Part shown: in pieces, positions 39,845 through 48,910 of the stretch
Layout: each line of letters begins with the position of its first letter
Numbering within the stretch: the stretch's first letter is position 1
Virus record (IMG/VR): IMGVR_UViG_3300033463_000011
Span: 128,001-192,000 of that record
Reading direction: 5' to 3' (one strand)
Source: a virus
Lineage: Duplodnaviria; Caudoviricetes
DNA: 64,000 nucleotides
The notes under the pieces: model-generated
What the model was told of the DNA's origin: nothing
The model's database searches: none
What the model saw: only the letters and a program-made list of their open reading frames with translations
Translations under genes and position numbers: made by a program

Positions 39845-40282
39845 ATGTTAACTCCAGAAGAATTAAGCATAATTGAAGAAAACGCAGTAGATAATTATTT
39901 AGAAGATATCAGCAATAACGACAGCGATTTTTCTGATGAAGAATTAAGAGGAGATATTCCTAATTGGTATGATGCAGATAGTTATCGCCTTGCAGCTGCA
40001 AAGTGCATACTTCCTGGAGAAGTAATTCAGCAATGGTTATACGAATCTGATTTCGTAGACATGTACCTCAAAACTAAAGATGCTAGATCTATTTCAGAAT
40101 GCATTCTTGATTCAGATAAAGAAGATCCAGATACATTTTATCAAGCTTGCATAGATGTATGCGATGATGCTAAAAACTATTGGTTCAATACGTATTATCC
40201 CGATAAATGCGATGAATATTTTGATAAAAATGCAGAGCCTATAGATGATAGCGAATACTATAGTGACAGCTATTACGATTAA
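39845..40282 (+). CDS. Highly acidic hypothetical protein
   Basis: GGAGG RBS; D/E-rich. Confidence 0.6.
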   Translation: MLTPEELSIIEENAVDNYLEDISNNDSDFSDEELRGDIPNWYDADSYRLAAAKCILPGEVIQQWLYESDFVDMYLKTKDARSISECILDSDKEDPDTFYQACIDVCDDAKNYWFNTYYPDKCDEYFDKNAEPIDDSEYYSDSYYD

Positions 40283-40393
40283 TCATATCAAAATAAAATA
40301 ACCTTATTTAATTTTAGGAAGTGAAATTTGTAAATTCTCGACTGGTCATCGAGAGAAAACAAATTTATATCTATATTAAGGAGGCAAACAGTT

Positions 40394-40735
40394 ATGGCAA
40401 CTATTACCATTACTTATGTAAAGCCTGTTGACGCCACAGCAGTTCCTGCATCTCAGATTTGTGCTACTTTCGTTCCTACGAATGCAGCAGCTGACAACAC
40501 AGTATTTGACAATACTTACTACGATACAAACGTAGCAGGTTATGGCGATGCTCTCAGCCTTGACGCATTCTTCGCAGCTCAGGTTGCACATCCTGGTCTT
40601 ATTGCTGCTCTTAGAGCTGCAATTCGTGCTGGTTCCTATGATTGGGACGCAACAGCTGAAGATGTTCAGTATGTAGGCGAGATTGCTCCGGCACTTGCTG
40701 AGCAGGGCTTCACATTTGGCGGATCTGGATCTTAA
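40394..40735 (+). CDS. Small abundant structural protein (possible head decoration)
   Basis: AAGGAGG RBS; Ala-rich; capsid-like codon bias; promoter-like motif upstream. Confidence 0.5.
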   Translation: MATITITYVKPVDATAVPASQICATFVPTNAAADNTVFDNTYYDTNVAGYGDALSLDAFFAAQVAHPGLIAALRAAIRAGSYDWDATAEDVQYVGEIAPALAEQGFTFGGSGS

Positions 40736-40766
40736 TCTTTTTCAAGAATAAGGTAGCGTTTAACTT

Positions 40767-41477
40767 ATGACAATGCAAGAGATAGTACAGCAAGTAAGCT
40801 TCATGCTCGGAATGCCTGCAGTGGATAATACCGAACAATTGCAAGTTGAACAAGCTGTTTTAATCGCATTTCGTGAATTAAAACGCTACATGAAGACACC
40901 AGTAGACATAACAATTCCTTTCGAGAAAAGAGTTGATCTCGTCAAGTTAGGAATTAAAACAAAAAAGGTATTAAACGTACAAGCTGCGTATCCTCGTGTA
41001 GGTCTCGTAATGAGTTCTATAGATAGCGGAAACGTATTTCAAGTAGCTGCAGCTGTTAATACATATTCTGCCATAGGTCAAACTTCAGCATTGAATATTG
41101 ATCCAATTATGACAGAGATGGCAATGGCTCAGGTTAGAAATACATTATCTACTGACTTCCAGTGGAAGCACGATGTAGACAACGAAGTAGTTTATATAAC
41201 TCATCGAGAACCTATACCTACTCAAGTAACAATAACTTATGTTCCTGATTATCAGGATGTAAGCGAAATAAAAAGTGATACTTGGATAGACTACCTAATA
41301 AGAATGTCTGAAGCAAATATGAAAAAGGCATTAGGGAGAACTCGTAGTAAATACACAATACAAGGATCTAATGTATCGCTAGATGGTGACACTTTATTAT
41401 CTGAAGCAAATGCTGAATTAGAGACAATAAGGACAGAACTTGAAGCGAGAAAGAACAAATTAGTAGCACTTAATTAA
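40767..41477 (+). CDS. Neck/head-completion protein, T4 gp13-like
   Basis: C-terminal 'GRTRSKY...VSLDGDTLLSEANAEL'. Confidence 0.65.
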   Translation: MTMQEIVQQVSFMLGMPAVDNTEQLQVEQAVLIAFRELKRYMKTPVDITIPFEKRVDLVKLGIKTKKVLNVQAAYPRVGLVMSSIDSGNVFQVAAAVNTYSAIGQTSALNIDPIMTEMAMAQVRNTLSTDFQWKHDVDNEVVYITHREPIPTQVTITYVPDYQDVSEIKSDTWIDYLIRMSEANMKKALGRTRSKYTIQGSNVSLDGDTLLSEANAELETIRTELEARKNKLVALN

Positions 41478-41492
41478 TTAAGGAGAAATGAT

Positions 41493-41900
41493 ATGAAATT
41501 TACAAAGACAGTTCGCGCAAGCAAGAAGGTAGAGCCTTCAACAAAGCGTCCTATCCGCGCAAATCGTAGAGTGATCCGTTCTGACGAGGAAATTGAAGAC
41601 ATCGAAGATATCGATGTACCCGTTGACGAAGAGATCATTGATGAAGAGCCTGTTCAGGAAGAGCTTCTTTTCGAGGTTGGTGACGTTGCAGAAGTTATCG
41701 CTGAAGTTACAGGTGAGCCTGTTGACTATACAGTAGACGATGAGACAGCAGAAGTTACATTCTCTTATGGTGAGGATGAAATCACTGTTACCCCTGAGGG
41801 AACAGAGGAAGTTGTTGAAGATTCTACAAGAATCAGCAAAGCTGCAAAGAAGATCGCTGCTGCTAAGAAGGTAGCTGCTCCTCGCAAGCTTCGCAGATAA
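41493..41900 (+). CDS. Acidic core/scaffold-like protein with basic termini
   Basis: VRAS, IRAN, IRSD and IAAA sites; E/D-rich centre; capsid-like codon bias. Confidence 0.5.
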   Translation: MKFTKTVRASKKVEPSTKRPIRANRRVIRSDEEIEDIEDIDVPVDEEIIDEEPVQEELLFEVGDVAEVIAEVTGEPVDYTVDDETAEVTFSYGEDEITVTPEGTEEVVEDSTRISKAAKKIAAAKKVAAPRKLRR

Positions 41901-41935
41901 TTTTTTAAAAGTTATCTAAATGCATAACAATCAGC

Positions 41936-41974
41936 CTCACAGGTAATTAGCAATAATCGCCTGTGAGGTTATTT
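41936..41974 (+). terminator. Intrinsic terminator
   Basis: CCTCACAGGT...GCCTGTGAGG followed by TTATTT. Confidence 0.6.
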
Positions 41975-41999
41975 ACTTTAAATTTAGGGAGAAAGCATA

Positions 42000-43475
42000 A
42001 TGGCTGATAACAATTTATTAAATATAGGAAAAGTAAAATCTATAATTGATAAATTATTCAAGAGTATGTATAGTATTCTTGATGGCTATTCTGTAAAAGA
42101 CGGGGAAGTAGAAGCTAAACAGGGTCAATTAACGTCTCATGTCGAGATGGAACCTAATTTAGTTATTGATTTAACTGCGACAAATATAGGATACGTTTTT
42201 AGAGATATAATAAAAGCAATCAACGAATTATCTGATTTAGACTTTTATACTAGAAATAATAAAGCAAAAGAGATAGTAGAAAAGCTTGTTGGAGTTGAAT
42301 TAAAAACAAATGATGAAAATCAATATGTCGGTAATGACATATCACTTGAAACAGCTAAGAAGAATAAATCAGGAATGCTCGGAATTGATATAGACGCATT
42401 TGACCTTAATTCAGGAAATGCAGCATTTCAAGATTGGATGGGGATAGCATTTAATGTACTTAAATACACGTTAGATTGCGAAGCAGATGGATTTGACCAC
42501 GGCAAAGTTGCAGATGTTTCATTACAAGAAGCTGCTAATTGGATTTTCAAGTATGTTGATATAATCCGTGGAAAATCAAACAATAGCAAGCAGTTGTCTC
42601 ATGAAGAAAAAGGCAAAATTTCTAAAAACGCAGATTTAGTAGGCTTTTCTTTAGTTAAGCCGATACTTATACAGATACAAAGCGAATTAAGAAAATTGTA
42701 TCAACAAAGACTGAATGAAGAATTATCATTAGATAAAAACATTCCTCAGAATGAAGAAAATGTCGAAGATACATCTGGAGAAAATACAGAAGATACATCT
42801 GGAGATGTTTTTGAAAATAAAGAACAAGAAAGCGGTGGTAATGTGACTACAAGTAAACAGATCAAAATTAAACTTAAAAAGATCGAAGGTTCTATTGATT
42901 TAATTGGTCTTGAATCTAATTACGAACCTGCAGCTACATTAGCTGATATAGACGACATCGTTAATCAAGATGAATTTATTGACGCATTAAGCGATGAAGT
43001 TGAAACATATACAATTGATGTAGACGAAGACGGATATGATATTGAACAGTGCGAAACTTGCGAAATTGATCCTTGCCAAAGCTTAAACTCAGTAATGAAC
43101 ACAGCAATAATAATGTATCGCAACCTCTATATCCTGCATTGGATGGCAAAGGGCAACGATATGATGAAGTTACATCTTTTAACAGAAGAACTTTATAGCA
43201 AACTTATTCAAGAGATTGATACATTAGGCGAACTTTTAGTAGAGAAATGCGGAACTGTTCAGAATTTAGATTTTGAATGGACACCAATCGCAGTAAGGAA
43301 TTATGAGTTCCAAGAATCGTTATTTATACTGAAGGATTTCATTCAGAATTATATTGACACAATTGATTACGCTTATCCTAACCAGGCAAGTGATGTTCAG
43401 AGTACGCTTGATGAGTGGCTTAGGTATTGGAACAAGCAAATGAATTATTTTATTAAGAATCAAGAAGAGCAATGA
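42000..43475 (+). CDS. Large protein with a C-terminal Dps/ferritin-like domain
   Basis: LHWMAKG...LHLLTEELY...IDTLGE Dps ferroxidase signature. Confidence 0.7.
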   Translation: MADNNLLNIGKVKSIIDKLFKSMYSILDGYSVKDGEVEAKQGQLTSHVEMEPNLVIDLTATNIGYVFRDIIKAINELSDLDFYTRNNKAKEIVEKLVGVELKTNDENQYVGNDISLETAKKNKSGMLGIDIDAFDLNSGNAAFQDWMGIAFNVLKYTLDCEADGFDHGKVADVSLQEAANWIFKYVDIIRGKSNNSKQLSHEEKGKISKNADLVGFSLVKPILIQIQSELRKLYQQRLNEELSLDKNIPQNEENVEDTSGENTEDTSGDVFENKEQESGGNVTTSKQIKIKLKKIEGSIDLIGLESNYEPAATLADIDDIVNQDEFIDALSDEVETYTIDVDEDGYDIEQCETCEIDPCQSLNSVMNTAIIMYRNLYILHWMAKGNDMMKLHLLTEELYSKLIQEIDTLGELLVEKCGTVQNLDFEWTPIAVRNYEFQESLFILKDFIQNYIDTIDYAYPNQASDVQSTLDEWLRYWNKQMNYFIKNQEEQ

Positions 43476-43600
43476 AACTTTACAAACGAACAAGAAATAC
43501 TAATAAGCCTGTTATGAATGCTTCTCAACAAAGGGGCTATGACAAGGCTATGCCTTACATTAAAAAGTATGCAAAGGCTATGAAGGTGCTTGGTAGATGA
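43472..43600 (+). CDS. Putative 42-aa antitoxin of a Doc toxin (not in the ORF track)
   Basis: MKLYKRTRNTNKPVMNASQQRGYDKAMPYIKKYAKAMKVLGR; ATGA-coupled to doc; amphipathic C-terminal helix. Confidence 0.55.
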   Translation: MKLYKRTRNTNKPVMNASQQRGYDKAMPYIKKYAKAMKVLGR

Positions 43601-43683
43601 TTTCTTTTGACGAGCTTGTAGGTGTAAATATTGCTGTATGTACCGTTGCTGGAGAGCAATCAGTGGTTATAAATGAGAATAAT

Positions 43684-45204
43684 AAGCCGATTTTGTAAAT
43701 AATCATATAACATTATAAATATTATTGCTTGATTTTTTTATATTTTTAAATTTCTAAATAAATTACTTTATTTTTATTTAGAATTATACTATAATCATAA
43801 TATCAAATCTACAAGAGAGGAGGTAATGTAATGGAGTTAGTTACTTGGAAATGTAAACTTAAGAATTTGACTGCTCAAGAATATCAATATCTTCGAGAGA
43901 TGTGTTATCTTAGCAAGAATGTCTACAATGAAGCCGTATATAATATTCGTCAGCATTATTTTGCTGAAGGTACATATCTTCGCTACGAAGCTAATTTTGG
44001 TCAGATGAAATTTTCTGAAAATTATATCAATCTAGGATCTAATGTATCTCAAGCTACGATGCGTAAAGCAGATCAATCTTTTAAGTCATTCTTTGGGTTG
44101 CTTAAGAAGTCGAAACAAGGAATATATGAAAACTGGAAAATTCGGCTACCCCATTATCTGAAGAAAGATCCATTTTATCCTGTTGAGTTTATTCATGCAG
44201 GAGAAGCTGATTTATCTAAAGGTAAGTTTAAGATTCCAAAATCTAAGTATCTTAGAGATAAATATCCTGGATTGAAATTGTATATAACAATTCCAGAATA
44301 CATTCGAGACAAGAAGGTACATACGATTTCTATTGTTCCTAAATACAATGGAAGATACTTCGAAACAAGAATTGTATTTGAAAAAGAAGATACATCACTT
44401 GAATTAGATTCCAAAAATGCACTTGCAGTTGATCTAGGTGTAAATAATTTTGCAACTTGTGTGACTTCTAGTGGAAATTCTTTCATAATTGATGGTAAAG
44501 AAGTAAAATCAATCAATCAATGGTATAACAAAGAAAATGCCAGACTTCAATCTGTGAAAGATAAGCAGAAGATTAAAGGCTATACAAAGAAACAATATCT
44601 GATATCAGGCAAGCGAGATCGACGGATTCAAGATTTCATTTACAGTTCCACGAAGTATATTGTGAAGTATTGTATCGACAATGATATCGGCAATCTGGTA
44701 GTTGGTTATAATGATGGATTTCAAGATAAAGTTAATCTTGGCAAGGTTAATAATCAACAGTTTGTACTGCTACCTTATGGAAAATTCAAGACTCGCCTCG
44801 AATATCTTTGCAATTTGTATGGTATTAATTATGTGGAACAAGAAGAAAGCTACACATCTAAAGCAAGTTTCTGGGATCAAGATGAAATGCCTAAATGGAA
44901 TCCTTTAAATCCGAAACAAGGAGAATTTTCAGGTAAGCGGATCAAGCGTGGGCTGTATCAAACAAAATCAGGTAAGTTGCTCAATGCTGATGTTAACGGG
45001 GCATTAAATATTCTAAGAAAAAGTAAAGTTGTGAGTCTTGAGACTCTATACCGTAGGGGCGAAGTCCTAACGCCTACAAGAATAAGGCTTGCCTAAGGAA
45101 TTAGGTGGAAACTTAAATAGCAAACTTCTCCATAAAAAGAATTATATAAAATTCGATATAGATTTTTTATATTTATATATGATTTTATATAAAACTTATA
45201 GGAT
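43684..45204 (+). mobile_element. Non-autonomous TnpB-only IS element (IS200/IS605 or IS607 type)
   Basis: tnpB with AT-rich ends; ends are defined by restoring the doc frame (about +/-3 nt); no tnpA. Confidence 0.8.
43831..45096 (+). CDS. tnpB: RNA-guided endonuclease TnpB
   Basis: AVDLGVNN (RuvC-I), QEESYTSKAS, RIKRGLY, NADVNGALNI (RuvC-III). Confidence 0.92.
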   Translation: MELVTWKCKLKNLTAQEYQYLREMCYLSKNVYNEAVYNIRQHYFAEGTYLRYEANFGQMKFSENYINLGSNVSQATMRKADQSFKSFFGLLKKSKQGIYENWKIRLPHYLKKDPFYPVEFIHAGEADLSKGKFKIPKSKYLRDKYPGLKLYITIPEYIRDKKVHTISIVPKYNGRYFETRIVFEKEDTSLELDSKNALAVDLGVNNFATCVTSSGNSFIIDGKEVKSINQWYNKENARLQSVKDKQKIKGYTKKQYLISGKRDRRIQDFIYSSTKYIVKYCIDNDIGNLVVGYNDGFQDKVNLGKVNNQQFVLLPYGKFKTRLEYLCNLYGINYVEQEESYTSKASFWDQDEMPKWNPLNPKQGEFSGKRIKRGLYQTKSGKLLNADVNGALNILRKSKVVSLETLYRRGEVLTPTRIRLA

Positions 45205-45471
45205 CTACTATCTGCATTAAGTGTTCAACAATGGTACGAAGATGATAGATTGTTAGCAAGTGCATTAATAAGGTCTATCACAATAGGTCACGGCTTTCAA
45301 GATGGTAATAAACGAACCGCAGCTATTGTAGGTGCGATTATTTGTGATTATACTTGTAGCGAAGATACTATGATTGATTGCATCTTAGATATCGCAAAAG
45401 GAAACTTGCGAGATGTAGAAGAGATTGCGAATATTTTGTATAGTTGAGATATTGAAAGTAGGAAATTAAAC

Positions 45472-45996
45472 ATGAAACGCTACATAAAATCTTCAATAAA
45501 ACCAATAGATGCCATACCCGAGAATCCAAATATAAAGTCACGGGATTTGACACCTAAGAATTATAGCCAAAAAATTTATGATGATTTAAAAGAGGCATAT
45601 GATAAACATATTGCCGTTTTTGAATTTGAGGGCGATTATAACTACAATAACTTTACAACTTATGCACATGAGCCTATTAAAAGACTTACTCAGGAACTTA
45701 TAGTGCCTGGAGTTGAGAAGGCAATAAAAGAAAAGTTTATGAAAGATATGCATAAGGATATAAGCTATTTACCTAATGACCTTATTAAGTTAAATTTGGT
45801 AGATGGTTATGGTTCTTTTATAACAATAGTTACTATTCGTGGTGAAGATAGAAAACATGTTTATGGTAAAATAAATTTCAATTATGCCGAAGAACTTAAA
45901 ACCCGTTGCATAAGGAGAATTAAATTGCATTTGCAAGAACGACAATTTGAAAGAAACGCAGAACGTAGAAGGCGTAGTAAACTAGGAGGAATATAA
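45472..45996 (+). CDS. Hypothetical protein (MKRYIKSS leader)
   Basis: ORF with leader motif. Confidence 0.6.
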   Translation: MKRYIKSSIKPIDAIPENPNIKSRDLTPKNYSQKIYDDLKEAYDKHIAVFEFEGDYNYNNFTTYAHEPIKRLTQELIVPGVEKAIKEKFMKDMHKDISYLPNDLIKLNLVDGYGSFITIVTIRGEDRKHVYGKINFNYAEELKTRCIRRIKLHLQERQFERNAERRRRSKLGGI

Positions 45997-46236
45997 ATGT
46001 ATATCTTAGCCTATGTAAAAGCATTTTCAGATGAAGCTTGTATCAATATTGTAGTAGGAAACGAAGATAAGATTATCAAGACACTTTGCAAGTTGATTGG
46101 ATTAAAAGCAAGGGATTATAGAAATTTAAAAGAACTTAGTGAGTTCTTATATGATGACGCTGATTATGAATGCGAAGGTGGAGAAATGTACACTGTAGCA
46201 GATGATAAAGGCAAAGTTATCATTGAACTAGGTTAA
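45997..46236 (+). CDS. Hypothetical protein
   Basis: AGGAGG RBS. Confidence 0.6.
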   Translation: MYILAYVKAFSDEACINIVVGNEDKIIKTLCKLIGLKARDYRNLKELSEFLYDDADYECEGGEMYTVADDKGKVIIELG

Positions 46237-46237
46237 A

Positions 46238-46627
46238 ATGTCACTGACACAAAATCCAACATATCAACAGTTAATAGAGACCCGAGGGCCTTATTTAGCT
46301 GTGTTGGATATAGCTCAAGTAACAAGAGAAATTGAAGACTCTTTAGAAAGTAGAATAACAACTTCATCTGCACTAGATTTTGCAGCAAGAGGGCTTGTAC
46401 CTGATCCTAAGGATTATCCAGACCATAGGTTAGATAGAGTTAAAGAATATTTAACATACGTCGATGACATAGAAATCAAATCCGCTGTAATATCTTCATA
46501 TGAAGAGTCATTAAAAAAGTATCACCTTATTTATCTATATAACAATGTGGATGATGAACATCGTCGTTCAAGAATAAGAATAATATTAAATATATTGTGG
46601 GATAGTAGACCTCACAAGAAAGGTTGA
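46238..46627 (+). CDS. Hypothetical protein
   Basis: Tightly packed ORF. Confidence 0.55.
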   Translation: MSLTQNPTYQQLIETRGPYLAVLDIAQVTREIEDSLESRITTSSALDFAARGLVPDPKDYPDHRLDRVKEYLTYVDDIEIKSAVISSYEESLKKYHLIYLYNNVDDEHRRSRIRIILNILWDSRPHKKG

Positions 46628-46631
46628 TAAA

Positions 46632-46958
46632 ATGACATATAAAGAACTTATAAGCAAATCTGAAGAAGGTACATTAGTATTGGCAAAACTTTCCTATAAC
46701 ATTATTCAGAATTTAGGTTTTGATTTAGGCTATGACGCAGATTTTGATTTACGTGGTTGGGATATTGACAGCTGGATGGAAAATACGTTCGATTTTTCAC
46801 TTAGTGAAGATGAATATTATGATTTATACATGTTAGATTCATATATTGATGGATTTTCTGCTGATGCATATTTTGGAGATAAAGAAGTAGTTAGCTATAC
46901 AGTAGGTCATTCCACATATGATTATGATGAAATAGCATTATTAGTTAAACTTAGTTAA
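46632..46958 (+). CDS. Acidic hypothetical protein
   Basis: Tightly packed ORF. Confidence 0.55.
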   Translation: MTYKELISKSEEGTLVLAKLSYNIIQNLGFDLGYDADFDLRGWDIDSWMENTFDFSLSEDEYYDLYMLDSYIDGFSADAYFGDKEVVSYTVGHSTYDYDEIALLVKLS

Positions 46959-46978
46959 ATTATAAAGGAGAAATTATC

Positions 46979-47446
46979 ATGGCAACAAAGAAAAAGACAG
47001 AAGTTACTGAAGCTAAAGTTCAATCCGAAGCTACAGTAGATAAGCCGAAGACAACAAAAAAGACATCAACTAAGAAAGCGTCTTCTAAGAAGGAAGAACC
47101 TGTAGTTGAAGAAACTATTGAGCCTGTAGAGGAAGTTAAAGAGCCTGTAGCTGAGCCCGTAGTTGTAGCAGAGGTTGAAGTAGTTGGTACAAAGGTAGCT
47201 GAAGTTAAGGAAGAGCCCAAGAAAGTTGAACCTAAGAAGGAAAAAGTTGAAGCTCCGCAATCATTCCTTATTCAAGTAGTTGGAAATGCTGGAGTATATA
47301 GCTTCAAAGGACCTGGATTTGAGTTCGCAAGGAACAAAGTATTCGCTAAAAATTCTAAGTTAACTGTTGTTGAAGTAAAAGGTAACTGGGGAAAAGTTTC
47401 CGAAGGTAATTGGATACTTCTTGGCGGTAGCATAGATAAAATATAA
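46979..47446 (+). CDS. Lys/Glu-rich protein with a C-terminal SH3b-like domain
   Basis: 'KGPGFEF...LTVVEVKGNWGKV...WI'. Confidence 0.65.
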   Translation: MATKKKTEVTEAKVQSEATVDKPKTTKKTSTKKASSKKEEPVVEETIEPVEEVKEPVAEPVVVAEVEVVGTKVAEVKEEPKKVEPKKEKVEAPQSFLIQVVGNAGVYSFKGPGFEFARNKVFAKNSKLTVVEVKGNWGKVSEGNWILLGGSIDKI

Positions 47447-47480
47447 ATCCATTTGAATCTTTCAAATAGATTATCTCCTT

Positions 47481-47513
47481 TAGCGATCAGGTTAATATCT
47501 GGTCGCTATTTTT
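47481..47513 (+). terminator. Intrinsic terminator ending the structural block
   Basis: TAGCGATCAG...CTGGTCGCTA-TTTTT. Confidence 0.75.
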
Positions 47514-47525
47514 AAGAATCGTTAT
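47514..47525 (+). promoter_or_regulatory. AAGAATCGTTAT motif (putative early/middle promoter), representative copy
   Basis: Copies or close variants at 43312, 47514, 48647, 50364, 51371, 51784, 58281, 59275, 62810, 63578. Confidence 0.7.
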
Positions 47526-47559
47526 AGTAATCAGCAAAACTATAAAGGAGATTACTATA

Positions 47560-48144
47560 ATGGCTACAGAAACATTTGGATCAATTTTAAGAAGACTTAT
47601 GAAGGAAAAGAAAATAACACATAAGGCTTTGAGTCAGTTAGCGGGAGTACATAGAACAACAATAACTGATTATGTTAATGAAAGGAGATTACCTCCAGAA
47701 GAAACATTTCGTAGAATTCATCAAGCTATTCCCGATAAGGAACTGTACGATGCTTATTTTGAAGCAGTAAGCCCTAAAGAAAGGGCTAACAAACCTCTTA
47801 TTCCTAATAAGGAAACAAACAATGACACATACAATTTCTACAAGGCTGCAAAAGAAAACACTAATGATGTTCAGGAGTTTATTAAAAATCTTGCATCAAA
47901 GGCAGCTAAATCTGTAAATGTTGAGGCTCCTTCTAAGAAAGAAGAAACAAAGAAGTCTCCTAAGAACACTATTAATCCAGCTATCGCTAAAGAAAGAATG
48001 TATATTGCACACGCATTGTTATATATAACTACATTCTTTGAAGAGAATGAAGAACTTACTGCACTCGCACCTACAGATTACTTAGCATATAAGCAGTTAT
48101 TTGAAAAATATTCAAGTTACTTAAATATTGACCCTTATATGTAA
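47560..48144 (+). CDS. XRE-family HTH protein
   Basis: FGSILRRLMKEKKITHKALSQLAGVHRTTITDYVNERRLP. Confidence 0.8.
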   Translation: MATETFGSILRRLMKEKKITHKALSQLAGVHRTTITDYVNERRLPPEETFRRIHQAIPDKELYDAYFEAVSPKERANKPLIPNKETNNDTYNFYKAAKENTNDVQEFIKNLASKAAKSVNVEAPSKKEETKKSPKNTINPAIAKERMYIAHALLYITTFFEENEELTALAPTDYLAYKQLFEKYSSYLNIDPYM

Positions 48145-48173
48145 GTAATCACTAAAATTAAGGAGATACTTAA

Positions 48174-48485
48174 ATGTTTTATCTTGAAACAAAAGATGGA
48201 GATAGATTTTTCACAGATAAGGATTCTAGTGATAAAGTAGAATTTGAAAAGATTGTTGAAGCTAAAATGGGCAAAGATTCTGCGGATCTTTACAACAGTA
48301 TTGTTCAAGAATTTTCAGATGATGCGGAAGCATTAATTGCTAACTACAACTATAAACTTAAAGAAATACTAGATGAATTTGATAGTGCCTTATGCAATCC
48401 GTCTATAAGTAAAGATGAGATGGAATCAATTTTATCTGATTTACAATCATTGTATACAGAATTCATGTGGGGTACAAACAAATGA
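48174..48485 (+). CDS. Hypothetical protein
   Basis: AAGGAG RBS. Confidence 0.6.
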   Translation: MFYLETKDGDRFFTDKDSSDKVEFEKIVEAKMGKDSADLYNSIVQEFSDDAEALIANYNYKLKEILDEFDSALCNPSISKDEMESILSDLQSLYTEFMWGTNK

Positions 48486-48643
48486 AAATCAAAGTTCTAA
48501 GAAGAAAAGATATATTCTTTAAATGGATCGTAGGACATACATTTAATGTACTCGAAGAAACTGAAGATGGTAACGGATATTACATTGAACTTCCCGTAGG
48601 TTCTTGTAGAGTAGAGAAAAATGAATGCGAGGTCATTGATTAA
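48482..48643 (+). CDS. 53-aa hypothetical protein (not in the ORF track)
   Basis: ATGA-coupled; MKIKVLRRKD...CEVID. Confidence 0.5.
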   Translation: MKIKVLRRKDIFFKWIVGHTFNVLEETEDGNGYYIELPVGSCRVEKNECEVID

Positions 48644-48672
48644 AATAAGAATCGTTATATAATATAACACAA

Positions 48673-48757
48673 GCAAGTATGTTGGAATTGGTATACAAAC
48701 CGCACTTAAAATGCGGCGGAGAAATCCATATCGGTTCGAATCCGATTACTTGCACCA
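48673..48757 (+). tRNA. tRNA-Leu(TAA)
   Basis: GCAAGTA/TACTTGC acceptor; CCGCA-CTTAAAA-TGCGG anticodon arm; long variable arm; TTCGAAT; encoded CCA. Confidence 0.9.
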
Positions 48758-48761
48758 ACAT

Positions 48762-48842
48762 GGGGCATTAGCTCAGCGGTAGCAGCAGCAATCTCTTTTC
48801 ACAGATTGTGTGTCCTAGGTTCAATTCCTAGATGCCCCACCA
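48762..48842 (+). tRNA. Atypical tRNA with expanded anticodon arm (anticodon ambiguous)
   Basis: GGGGCAT/ATGCCCC acceptor, T arm and CCA; 7-bp anticodon stem with 8-nt loop CTTTTCAC. Confidence 0.7.
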
Positions 48843-48910
48843 CAGGGTATAGCTTAAAGTAGAGCGTATGCGAGTGAGAAGCGTTTGTTCGATTCAAACA
48901 TCCCTGACCA
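48843..48910 (+). ncRNA. Short tRNA-like RNA lacking a proper anticodon arm
   Basis: CAGGG/CCCTG-ACCA; D arm GCTT..GAGC; T arm GTTTG-TTCGATT-CAAAC. Confidence 0.6.

Larger units (their letters stand above)
43597..45447 (+). pseudogene. doc: Fic/Doc-family toxin gene split by a TnpB element
   Basis: 5' part MISFDELVGVN...VINENN (43597-43683) joins in frame to LLSALSVQQWY...HGFQDGNKRTA (from 45205). Confidence 0.8.

Noticed and set aside
43684-43830. IStron (group I intron plus TnpB) that would splice and restore doc
   Set aside because: Only about 150 nt of very AT-rich sequence precedes tnpB, too short for a group I ribozyme core.
45250-45447. Stand-alone 65-aa Fic protein
   Set aside because: It is the 3' fragment of the interrupted doc gene.
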